Part shown: piece after piece, positions 25,198-38,210 of the stretch | How positions within the stretch are numbered: position 1 is the stretch's first letter | Layout of the letters: every line of letters starts with the position of its first letter | Assembly: GCA_024958795.1 (NCBI GenBank) | Contig: JANXHP010000037.1 | Coordinates: 1 to 55,487 of the forward strand | DNA length: 55,487 bases | Source: Candidatus Poseidoniaceae archaeon | GTDB taxonomy: Archaea > Thermoplasmatota > Poseidoniia > Poseidoniales > Poseidoniaceae | Reading direction: 5' to 3' | Position numbers and translations under genes: made by a program | The notes under the pieces: model-generated | What the model was told of the DNA's origin: nothing | The model's database searches: none | Seen by the model: the letters and a program-made list of their open reading frames with translations, nothing else

Positions 25198-27233
25198 TCC
25201 CATTTGGATTGAATAAACATTTCTTGAGCTAGTTCTCGTGCAGTATTGATTCTAACAAACTCAATTCGTGTTGCTACTAAACATAAAACAAAACCAAATC
25301 CAGCAATATATACAGAACTATCCATTAGTCCACTTGCATTACGTACCAAGATTGCATCTGGAATATCGGCTAGATCAAAACCATCCGATGGCGTGAATCG
25401 GACATCTAATAAATCCAATTCGCAATCACATAATGTGATAGAAATTCTTTCTGGAAATAATGCAAATTGTAATTTTGACCATTCACCTTCTGAAATAAAT
25501 GATGGCCTCGTACCCCATGCTGGTACTGAAACTGCACCAGTTGAACTCGTTTCAACCATATCAACATCAAGATGGAAAATGGAGGAAGATGGTTTCTCAT
25601 CTACTATCATCAGTGCTTCCATCATTAGGAAATCTAGTAACATTGAGCGACCTGCAAGAAGAATAAATCTAACCGTTTGTTGTTCTAACATTCCCTCATC
25701 ATTAGTTTGAGAACCACCTTTTGCTACTTGAGAAAAGATTGCTTTATCCAAACGGAACGACTGTAATTCTGGAATCAATAATTGATACCTACCATCTGGA
25801 AGAGGATAGGCCTTTTCTACATTCAATCTTAGTTTGAAATTTTCTCCATCAAGCATACCCCATGTAGAACCCGTATGTTCAACCAATGTTTGCTGTGGAA
25901 TCCCAGGATATGATACATCCCACAATTGTTGTAATCTCATATCGACCATATCATCGAATGAAAGTTCATCCTCAAGTTGAACCTCATCAGCTAATGCCCA
26001 AACTGGACTAATAATTCCTCCAAATAGCAAGAGAATCACCCCTGGAGTAAATAGTCCGAAACGTACTGCTGCAGATGTTGTTAATCGTAGTGCTCCGAAG
26101 CCAAAACCAAGGAAAGAAAGGATGCTAAGTATCAACATTGAACTATCATTTCTTTGCAATTCTACTGCTGTTTCAGAATCATCTATTATTGCAGATCCTG
26201 CGGGGTAATATGATTCGCTTTCAAAACTGTCAGGGTCTATTGGCCCCATCCCCTCAAATCCTAACAACCCAGCCCAATAATATGGTTGAAATGCTCCTGC
26301 TTTACCTCCAATGCAAAAATTATACTGGCCCACAGGTAAAGCTCTCCAACGATACGAGACTCTAGTCTCTTCTTCATCTTCTTCAATTATTATTTCTGGA
26401 TATCCTGCAAGCCTTCCATTAGGAGTAATTAAATCAGGTAAACCATGTGATTGTTCAATTTCTATTGGTACTGGCTCCCAGATTAGAATCACCTTGAGTA
26501 ATTCATGTTCTTCTACATCAAATGTCCAGCAATCTCTATCATTTTCTACTAGTGCCCCATAATGAACGGTCTCAAATTCTGTTTCAATTGGATTTGAATC
26601 ACTTGATGGCTCATCAATATCTGCTTCCTCAATATTTTGTGACCATGGAATTGTTAGTTCAAGGAATGAATCTCCCCAAAGATGCAATTCCCAAGTACTC
26701 GGTCTATCGATAGTGAATGTCAATCTCAAACGTACATTTTGTCCTGCCCACAACAACCTATCATTTTGTAAATCAAGTGTCTCATCACTCATTCTATAAG
26801 GTTCATTTGCGGTTTGAGAGGGAACATTTTGTGCAGGGAAATTCCAATCTGTAACGCTATTTCCAATGATTAATGAGATGTCCAATTCTGGACGAGTCCA
26901 TCCCGTTGCATCTTCTCTTAAACGCAAATCTATAACCATCTCATCCAAAATGTCAGGAAGTAGAGCCAATTCTTTTTGCCGTGGTTCCATTTCAAATTCC
27001 AAAGTTACCTCCTTTGATTGTCCAGGAGTTGCCATTACATCTTGTGAAATCATTTCTTCTCCTGTTGCTGCTGTAGATGATAATGTACAATTTTCAATAT
27101 CATCGCAGGCTAGAAACAACTTGCCTCCATTTGTGCTATCTGTTAATCCGGCTGATGCTACTGGAGTCATCGATGAAAGTAGAAGGCATATGAATAATAT
27201 TGCCAGCGAAGTTGATTTTGACTCCGCTCTCAT
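25194..27233 (-). CDS. Large secreted or membrane-anchored hypothetical protein
   Basis: It has the signal peptide MRAESKSTSLAILFICLLLSSMTPVASAG. It also has central TM helices and a C-terminal TM helix. The segment DCWTFDVEEHELLKVILIW...YNFCIGG resembles a pre-peptidase C-terminal domain. Confidence 0.55.
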   Translation of the reverse strand: MRAESKSTSLAILFICLLLSSMTPVASAGLTDSTNGGKLFLACDDIENCTLSSTAATGEEMISQDVMATPGQSKEVTLEFEMEPRQKELALLPDILDEMVIDLRLREDATGWTRPELDISLIIGNSVTDWNFPAQNVPSQTANEPYRMSDETLDLQNDRLLWAGQNVRLRLTFTIDRPSTWELHLWGDSFLELTIPWSQNIEEADIDEPSSDSNPIETEFETVHYGALVENDRDCWTFDVEEHELLKVILIWEPVPIEIEQSHGLPDLITPNGRLAGYPEIIIEEDEEETRVSYRWRALPVGQYNFCIGGKAGAFQPYYWAGLLGFEGMGPIDPDSFESESYYPAGSAIIDDSETAVELQRNDSSMLILSILSFLGFGFGALRLTTSAAVRFGLFTPGVILLLFGGIISPVWALADEVQLEDELSFDDMVDMRLQQLWDVSYPGIPQQTLVEHTGSTWGMLDGENFKLRLNVEKAYPLPDGRYQLLIPELQSFRLDKAIFSQVAKGGSQTNDEGMLEQQTVRFILLAGRSMLLDFLMMEALMIVDEKPSSSIFHLDVDMVETSSTGAVSVPAWGTRPSFISEGEWSKLQFALFPERISITLCDCELDLLDVRFTPSDGFDLADIPDAILVRNASGLMDSSVYIAGFGFVLCLVATRIEFVRINTARELAQEMFIQSKWD

Positions 27234-27293
27234 GGTGCTTGCTAGTAGGCTTCTGCTTTCAATTAGCCGATTTGATGACAGATGAGTTTATTC

Positions 27294-27830
27294 TTATGCT
27301 TCAATTTTCTTGTCGATTAATATCGTAGAACATTTCCTACATTTGTATTTACGGTTTCCTCGTTTTTGACGAGGAAATGATTTGTCACAAGTATTGCATA
27401 CCCAGAGCCATTTGGCTTTAGACAATCTAAGAGTTTCAGTAAACTTTGGTCCATCACCTGCAGCACTATTTCCAGGCCATGAACTTTCTAACGACCTAAA
27501 GATAGAATCGTGCGCTCTCCATCCAAGTGCATGAATATATTCGTGATGTAGTACAAATGCAGCATAAGCATTCCATTCATTTGTCAATAATGCAGGATGA
27601 AGATCTATTACTTCCACATCAAATATCGTCAAATTGTTGAGGTTTGCGCCTTTCTTCCATCTTGTCACTCCATGCCTTTGTGTAGCATTTTTACGTAATA
27701 CTCCGAGAGGGATTTCTGCCAATTTTTCAACATCTTCATTCTGCCATGCAGGCATATCCTTCATAATATGAATAACTTCATCTCTCAACTGCAACAAAGC
27801 AGCAAAAGCAATGCCAGAAGCTTTGGCCAA
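27294..27830 (-). CDS. SprT-like zinc metalloprotease with a C-terminal zinc ribbon
   Basis: It has the HHEYIHALG (HExxH) motif and the ribbon CNTCDKSF...KCRKCST. The start is TTG 27830, preceded by GAGGTG, which overlaps the stop of the upstream thioesterase gene. Confidence 0.6.
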   Translation of the reverse strand: MAKASGIAFAALLQLRDEVIHIMKDMPAWQNEDVEKLAEIPLGVLRKNATQRHGVTRWKKGANLNNLTIFDVEVIDLHPALLTNEWNAYAAFVLHHEYIHALGWRAHDSIFRSLESSWPGNSAAGDGPKFTETLRLSKAKWLWVCNTCDKSFPRQKRGNRKYKCRKCSTILIDKKIEA

Positions 27831-27839
27831 TTCAACACC

Positions 27840-28307
27840 TCAATTCCAGCGGTGATAGGCTGGATGTCCTTCTTTTACTGACACAAATAATCCACTACCT
27901 GTAGCACATACCTTGCCATTTGCTTCTAATAATAATTCAATTTCAGCCCTATCATCAAGTAATTCCTTTACTTGACTAGTAATTACCAATTCACAATCTT
28001 TTGGTGTTGGACGACGTAATTTTACAGAATAAGAGGCTGTAACAGTACAAGGTGGTTCTTCAAGACCTTGTGCCTCCATAAGCGCAATGGCTGCAGTCCA
28101 ATTACCATGACAATCCAATAATGTACCAATTATTCCGCCATTTATCATTCCTGGAAAGGCTTGGTGATGTTCATCTGGAGTGAAATTAAGTGTCAATCCA
28201 TTCTCAATCCGATAACTATCTATCCTCAAACCCTTATCATTTGCAGGCCCACAGCCAAAACAAATTGATTTCGCCGCATATTGACGTTGTACTCCAACTC
28301 CGCTCAT
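27840..28307 (-). CDS. Hotdog-fold (PaaI-like) thioesterase
   Basis: CFGCGPANDKGLRI and GMINGGIIGTLLDCHG are typical of PaaI/4HBT-type hotdog proteins. The 155-aa size also fits. Confidence 0.6.
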   Translation of the reverse strand: MSGVGVQRQYAAKSICFGCGPANDKGLRIDSYRIENGLTLNFTPDEHHQAFPGMINGGIIGTLLDCHGNWTAAIALMEAQGLEEPPCTVTASYSVKLRRPTPKDCELVITSQVKELLDDRAEIELLLEANGKVCATGSGLFVSVKEGHPAYHRWN

Positions 28308-28398
28308 GTCCGTTGCTTAGACTCAAAGCCTATGTTTGCTTTGGTTATCCATTGAAAATTAGCGCAGTATTGATGATGAATGAATGGAAGGGGTGTTC

Positions 28399-29724
28399 AT
28401 GGGTGGCAAGAAGAAGGTCAAGAAGACCAAAGTTCGAGTCGCATTAGAAATGCCAAAAAGTAGGAGAATGGCTATTGAAGAGGCTATGGCATCTCACCAA
28501 CCTGAAGACCATCCGGAATGGGATAGAGGTGCAGAATGGGGCGATGTGCGATTCTACAGAAAGCGTATCAAACCTGGTACTTTGAGAACGGTAAAATTAC
28601 CTCTGTTAGAAGTTGAATTAGGTGATTCTTGGCCAATTCCTGTAACCGTATTGCATGGAGTTCGTCCTGGACCTACTGTAACCGTTCTCGGAGCAATACA
28701 TGGCGATGAACTGACTGGTCCAAGTGCTTGCACTCATCTATTGAGTAATGCTTTTACTGATATTGCTAAAGAACTTGATCCAAAAAAATTAGCTGGTACA
28801 ATCCGTATTGTTCCAGTGGTCAATCTCCCAGGGTATCGGGCAAAATCTAGATATTTCCCTGATGGAAGAGACCTAAATCGTCAATTCCCTGGTGATTTAA
28901 AAGGACCAACAACAAGAAGAGTTGCAGCACAAATAGTTCGCAACTTGATAGAAGATTCTGATGCCATAATAGACCTACATAGCGCGGCTAAGGGGAGGAC
29001 TAATATGCCTCAAATAAGGGCTGACCTTGCCCATGTAGGAACTAACTTACTTGCAAAGTCTTTCGGTATTGAAATCATTTTGGATTCAAAGCCCCCTAAA
29101 GGTTCACTACGGAAACTTGCAAACTCTTTGGATATCCCATCGATTACCTATGAGGGTGGTGGCGCAAATCTGTTGGACCATGAATCAGTGAAGGTAGCCA
29201 TATATGGAGTTCTAAATTCTCTAAGAATATTGAAAATGATTCCTGGTAAACCAAACAGACCAAAATTTAGAGTTTTGGCTTCTGGCTCAAGTTGGATTCG
29301 TGCAGGTGAAGGTGGATTACTGGATATGTTTGTCACTGCTGGAACATTGATGAAAAACGGTGAAGTTGTTGCTAGTATTTCAGATCCAGCGACACCAGGA
29401 TTAACCGTTGATATCGTTGCACCAGAAGATGGTTTGGTAATTGGAGCAGCAACTAATCCATTCACCTCTGCTGGTATGCCAGTAGGTCATTTTTTACCTA
29501 TCTCTAAGCATCTAAAACTACTAAAAGAACAGATTGATGAAAATGGTAGATTCATCACTTGTGGCTCTCAAGGTGAACCTTCTTGGAGAGAAGAAATTGA
29601 TGTTGATGAAGTTGCATTAGAAGGTGAATGGAGTGAAGGCGGAGTTGATTCTGAATGGACTTCTTCAAAAATTAATGATGATGGTGACACCGATGGAATC
29701 GGTGATAATGAAGAAGAGAATTGA
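28399..29724 (+). CDS. Succinylglutamate desuccinylase/aspartoacylase (AstE/AspA) family zinc hydrolase
   Basis: Motifs VLGAIHGDELTGP and IDLHSA are present. ATG 28399 is preceded by GGAAGGGGTG. The C-terminal tail is acidic. Confidence 0.7.
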   Translation: MGGKKKVKKTKVRVALEMPKSRRMAIEEAMASHQPEDHPEWDRGAEWGDVRFYRKRIKPGTLRTVKLPLLEVELGDSWPIPVTVLHGVRPGPTVTVLGAIHGDELTGPSACTHLLSNAFTDIAKELDPKKLAGTIRIVPVVNLPGYRAKSRYFPDGRDLNRQFPGDLKGPTTRRVAAQIVRNLIEDSDAIIDLHSAAKGRTNMPQIRADLAHVGTNLLAKSFGIEIILDSKPPKGSLRKLANSLDIPSITYEGGGANLLDHESVKVAIYGVLNSLRILKMIPGKPNRPKFRVLASGSSWIRAGEGGLLDMFVTAGTLMKNGEVVASISDPATPGLTVDIVAPEDGLVIGAATNPFTSAGMPVGHFLPISKHLKLLKEQIDENGRFITCGSQGEPSWREEIDVDEVALEGEWSEGGVDSEWTSSKINDDGDTDGIGDNEEEN

Positions 29725-29735
29725 TTTCCTCATCC

Positions 29736-30992
29736 TCAGTTACTATTGAATGAATCAACTGCTTGATGAATTTCTTCATCACTCATATTCCTTCTTTGAC
29801 TCTTAGCGATATCAAACATATGTGCAACTAAATCATCACTTACTTCAATTTCATTTTGTTCAAGCCACCAAATGATGTTTGAACGTCCGGCCATATGGCC
29901 GATGCGAATAACTTGTTTTAATCCAAAATCAGCAGCAGGTACACCAGAATAAACTCTGTCAGCAAGCCATTGATCTCCTTTTTTCATCGCTTTAATTACA
30001 GCAGAAGCATGAACGCCTGTTCCAGTTTCAAAAGCATCTCTCCCAAATACTGGATAATTATGTGGTAATGGCACTTCAATATACTCATTTGCTTTCCTTA
30101 CATATTCGTCTAGCAATGTCAAGTCATTGTCAATAACACCCATCAATTTCAAATTAACTAGCGTCTGGTCAAGTGGCGCATTACCGGCTCTTTCTCCAAC
30201 CCCTAATGCAGTACCATGGATAACATCTGCACCTGCTTCAACAGCTGCAATGTTATTTGCTACTCCCAACCCTCTGTCCTGATGTCCATGCCAATTGACC
30301 TCAATTTCATTACGCATAAATCCAGAATCCTTTATCACTTCTTCATCGATGAAGTTTAACAATTTCTTGACACCATTTGGCGTTACATGACCACATGTAT
30401 CACAAACACATAGTCTACGCACACCTAATTCCATCGCTCTTTGATAAATCATCTTGACATCTTCTGGCTTTGATCTTGTAGTATCTTCCGTCACAAACAT
30501 TACAGGTACATCGTTTTCAACTGCAAAGGAAACTGCTGTTTCCATCGTTGACAGTAATCTCTCCATAGTCCATCCCTCAGTAAATTGTCTGATTGGACTA
30601 GTTCCCAAAAATGCACTGGCTTGAATTTGAATCCCATGCTTTTGCTGTAAATCAACCAGAGGTTGAATATCGTTCATCAATGTTCTAACAGCAGCACCAG
30701 GCCTTATTGCAAAATCATTTTCAATAATATGATTTAGCATTGCATCAATATGCTCTAAATGGAACGGCCCTGCTCCTGGTAGACCTAAATCCACCTTTTG
30801 TATTCCTAATTTTTCCATATAAGTTAACAATTCTATTTTCTGAGAAATTGTTGGATTACGTGCACTTGGGCTCTGTAATCCATCTCTCAATGTTTCATCA
30901 TCAAACCAAACACCGTGAGGATGATTATTCGAATTACGGGAGATGTCATATTCGATTGTATTCCAATCATAAATAAGTGCACGCTCATCCAT
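29736..30992 (-). CDS. HMGL-like synthase (2-isopropylmalate/homocitrate/citramalate synthase family) without a LeuA regulatory domain
   Basis: Motifs are DDETLRDGLQSP and HGHQDRGLGVANNIAAVEAGADVIHGTALGVGERAGNAPL. The ATG is preceded by AGGTGA. The exact substrate cannot be called. Confidence 0.7.
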   Translation of the reverse strand: MDERALIYDWNTIEYDISRNSNNHPHGVWFDDETLRDGLQSPSARNPTISQKIELLTYMEKLGIQKVDLGLPGAGPFHLEHIDAMLNHIIENDFAIRPGAAVRTLMNDIQPLVDLQQKHGIQIQASAFLGTSPIRQFTEGWTMERLLSTMETAVSFAVENDVPVMFVTEDTTRSKPEDVKMIYQRAMELGVRRLCVCDTCGHVTPNGVKKLLNFIDEEVIKDSGFMRNEIEVNWHGHQDRGLGVANNIAAVEAGADVIHGTALGVGERAGNAPLDQTLVNLKLMGVIDNDLTLLDEYVRKANEYIEVPLPHNYPVFGRDAFETGTGVHASAVIKAMKKGDQWLADRVYSGVPAADFGLKQVIRIGHMAGRSNIIWWLEQNEIEVSDDLVAHMFDIAKSQRRNMSDEEIHQAVDSFNSN

Positions 30993-31097
30993 TTTAATTC
31001 ACCTAATCACCGCAACAAAGTGCCGCCGCGTTCAAGGACAATAACTCACCATGTTTGAACTCGTCGCATCAAAGCGATTGCTAAAGAATCTAGAAAA

Positions 31098-35766
<4,669 letters not shown>

Positions 35767-35788
35767 TTATTCCACCTTTAAGTCATAG

Positions 35789-36118
35789 TAATTGATTATT
35801 AATGTGCTTTCATTTATTGATTAGCGGAGATATTAATTAACGATAATAATTAGCATCATTAATTAGAATTATTCTATTGATAAATCCTCATTATTCACGC
35901 CGCCTTAGCACTTCAACTCCCTATACCATAATAGCCTACGCCCAAGGCTTGTAAAGGTAGTGATTGATAGACAAGAAATATGCCTAAAAGTGTGCTATAT
36001 TGGCACAATCAGCCCTCTGCCGCACACAGACTTCAATCAGGTATTTGCACCTCAATAAAGCGCATTTATTGCAAGTGCGACAATGTTGATAATAACATTC
36101 CCAATTAATAATCAATTA
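35789..36118. repeat. Perfect 15-bp inverted repeat pair bracketing 300 bp of non-coding DNA
   Basis: TAATTGATTATTAAT at 35789..35803 has its exact reverse complement ATTAATAATCAATTA at 36104..36118. I verified this base by base. It lies inside the gyrB/aroD spacer. Confidence 0.6.
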
Positions 36119-36220
36119 TTGGCATGATTTATGAAATTATTTGTAATTATTATTAGCAATTAAGTGTGATTATTTCGCCCCTATTTATTCAATTCAAAAT
36201 GCTGGATTTTTCCGCACTTT

Positions 36221-36237
36221 TTACCAATAATTGGTAA
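36221..36237. promoter_or_regulatory. Perfect palindrome TTACCAAT-A-ATTGGTAA upstream of aroD
   Basis: Read directly from the sequence. It lies 22 nt upstream of GTG 36259 and 58 nt upstream of ATG 36295. Confidence 0.4.
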
Positions 36238-36294
36238 AGAAAATAATTACTTTGAAGCGTGAGCGTTAAGAATGGAGTGCAGGTCGCCCAATTC

Positions 36295-37089
36295 ATGGCT
36301 GACCCAAAGGTGTGCGTATCTCTCGAAGCAACCACTGTGAAAGAAGTAATGGATGAGGCGGCAAGAGCAAACCTTGCTGGCGCTGATATTATTGAGATTC
36401 GTTTTGATCGATTATACCTGATAAAGCCTCAAGCTACTATCACTGAAGGTGAAGAAGGTGAGAGAATTTCCTACACTCCCCCTGCTGTTGAATGGGCTAC
36501 TCGCGAATTTGAATCTATCAATGTTGAGACATCTATTGAATCTTTCAAGGAAGGAATTCCATTACCTGTTATTTTCACAGTAAGGCCAGTTCGAGATGGA
36601 GGATTTTTCATCGGTACTGAAGAACAACGTCTTGAGATTCTCAGTACTGCTATCGCTTCTGGAGTTTCATGGGTAGACTTGGAGACCAGTATTGAAGAAA
36701 AGGCAAGAGAAGGCCTCTTAGAGGCTGCAAAAGCAGCCGATTGTCAAGTAATTGCATCTACTCACGACCAATCTATGCCATCAGCTGCAGAAATCGCTGA
36801 CTTAGTTCGCTCACAGAAAGACCTTGGAGATATTATCAAATTCTGTGGCAAGGTATCAAACCATCAAGATGCATTACAAATTGTTAAAGCATCACAAGAT
36901 CTTGTTGATGAAGAGGTCCTATTCAGTTTGATGGGATTGGGCAATGGCGGAGACTGGGCACGTATTCACGCACCTGTACTAAATCAGACACTTGTCTTCG
37001 CAACAATGTTAAACGAATTTAGATTAAATGAGAAAGGTTTGGTCAATGTCAATGATCTTAGAGATGCCTGGACACTTCTTGATTACTGA
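36295..37089 (+). CDS. aroD: 3-dehydroquinate dehydratase, type I
   Basis: Family-typical segments are KVCVSLEATTVKEVMDEA..GADIIEIRFD, VIASTHD and IIKFCGK. The start is either ATG 36295 or the in-frame GTG 36259 given by the ORF track. Confidence 0.8.
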   Translation: MADPKVCVSLEATTVKEVMDEAARANLAGADIIEIRFDRLYLIKPQATITEGEEGERISYTPPAVEWATREFESINVETSIESFKEGIPLPVIFTVRPVRDGGFFIGTEEQRLEILSTAIASGVSWVDLETSIEEKAREGLLEAAKAADCQVIASTHDQSMPSAAEIADLVRSQKDLGDIIKFCGKVSNHQDALQIVKASQDLVDEEVLFSLMGLGNGGDWARIHAPVLNQTLVFATMLNEFRLNEKGLVNVNDLRDAWTLLDY

Positions 37090-37120
37090 ATTTAGTACTT
37101 AGAAACATCAACTACTGCGC

Positions 37121-38155
37121 CTATTGACTCGGCGGCGGTAAATCTGGCATAGGCGGGACTACCTTGGAGTTAGAGTCGTAGACTGCAGCAGGGGGAACCT
37201 CCAGTGAAGGAACTAATTCTTCTTGCTTTTCCCCCAAACCAGCACCCATATATTTGCGATTAACAATAATTGGCGCTACCATCATTGAACCTACTATCCC
37301 CAAAAAGGCAAGAGAAACCGTCCAAGGTGGTAGAACAAAAGAACGAAGTGTTGTAACAATTGAAATATCTGCATTAACTATTTTATTAGGAACTTCAGCA
37401 TCTGAATCATGAGAATTATCCCATGTGTCAACGACTATATAGAAATCTTCCCAGTTGTCATTTCCAAAAAGACTTCGATAGATTTCCGGACCATCTAGGC
37501 TAACTGATAATGCAACTTCATCGATTTTTTCATATTCATGTGCGTCTCGAAATGAGCGCCAGCCCCAAATGTCAAAACTCCTCCATTCAGGATCAATGTT
37601 TTTGAGTTCGCCTTCAAAATCTCCCCACCAATCCCAATCGTTATGATGCATTGAATATGCTTCAGTATAGGACTCGTATTGACTAGTAGTCATCAAGTAT
37701 ACATCTCCAATCGCTGGAACTATTGTTTCTCCAACTACATGAGTTAATGTGACACATATCGTAGTTCTGTGGTTACTTGAAAGGTTCATTCGCAATGCCC
37801 CTATACTATCATTTCCAACTTTCATAAATGTACTATAATCTTCTGTTAGAGGCAATAATGGATATCTATCATTCCATTGATACATGTAAGGTTGTTCTGG
37901 ACTTAATGGATAATCATCTTGATTATTCTCGACCCATACCTCTTCATTATCATCATAATCCCAATATCCATAATTATTCCAACTGAATGGAACTTCTGCA
38001 ACTCTTTGAATTGATTCATTCCAAACTACTGGCTGCCAATCACCTGAGCAGGCATTAGCCGCTTGAGCATTAGAAATAATGCCCCCTCCAGTAAATCCAC
38101 TAGAAGTTAGCGGAATTAGGATTAATGTCGCCACAAAAATCGTTACAATCCGCAC
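37121..38155 (-). CDS. Secreted hypothetical protein with a C-terminal TM anchor
   Basis: It has the signal-like N-terminus MRIVTIFVATLILIPLTSSG, a Trp/Asp/Tyr-rich ectodomain and the C-terminal helix VSLAFLGIVGSMMVAPII. The GTG start is preceded by GGGAGGTAGG. Confidence 0.55.
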   Translation of the reverse strand: MRIVTIFVATLILIPLTSSGFTGGGIISNAQAANACSGDWQPVVWNESIQRVAEVPFSWNNYGYWDYDDNEEVWVENNQDDYPLSPEQPYMYQWNDRYPLLPLTEDYSTFMKVGNDSIGALRMNLSSNHRTTICVTLTHVVGETIVPAIGDVYLMTTSQYESYTEAYSMHHNDWDWWGDFEGELKNIDPEWRSFDIWGWRSFRDAHEYEKIDEVALSVSLDGPEIYRSLFGNDNWEDFYIVVDTWDNSHDSDAEVPNKIVNADISIVTTLRSFVLPPWTVSLAFLGIVGSMMVAPIIVNRKYMGAGLGEKQEELVPSLEVPPAAVYDSNSKVVPPMPDLPPPSQ

Positions 38156-38210
38156 TATTACCTACCTCCCACATACATTCCAATGCATAGGAGGTTGATG
38201 GAGATAACGC

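Noticed and set aside
28365-28390. A TGATGATGA string resembling a box C motif of C/D sRNAs.
   Set aside because: No matching box D (CTGA) or C'/D' lies at a suitable distance. The string sits in the short leader of the AstE-like gene.
35789-36118. A MITE bounded by the 15-bp inverted repeats.
   Set aside because: I can see no target-site duplication next to the repeats and no second copy inside this window. A 15-mer of A/T-only-like composition is less improbable in AT-rich DNA. It needs a genome-wide copy search.
35767-36258. Replication origin in the gyrB/aroD spacer.
   Set aside because: There is no orc1/cdc6 gene in the window and no recognisable ORB-type repeats. The AT-rich parts flank the centre rather than forming it. 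It is kept only as a low-probability alternative within the spacer finding.
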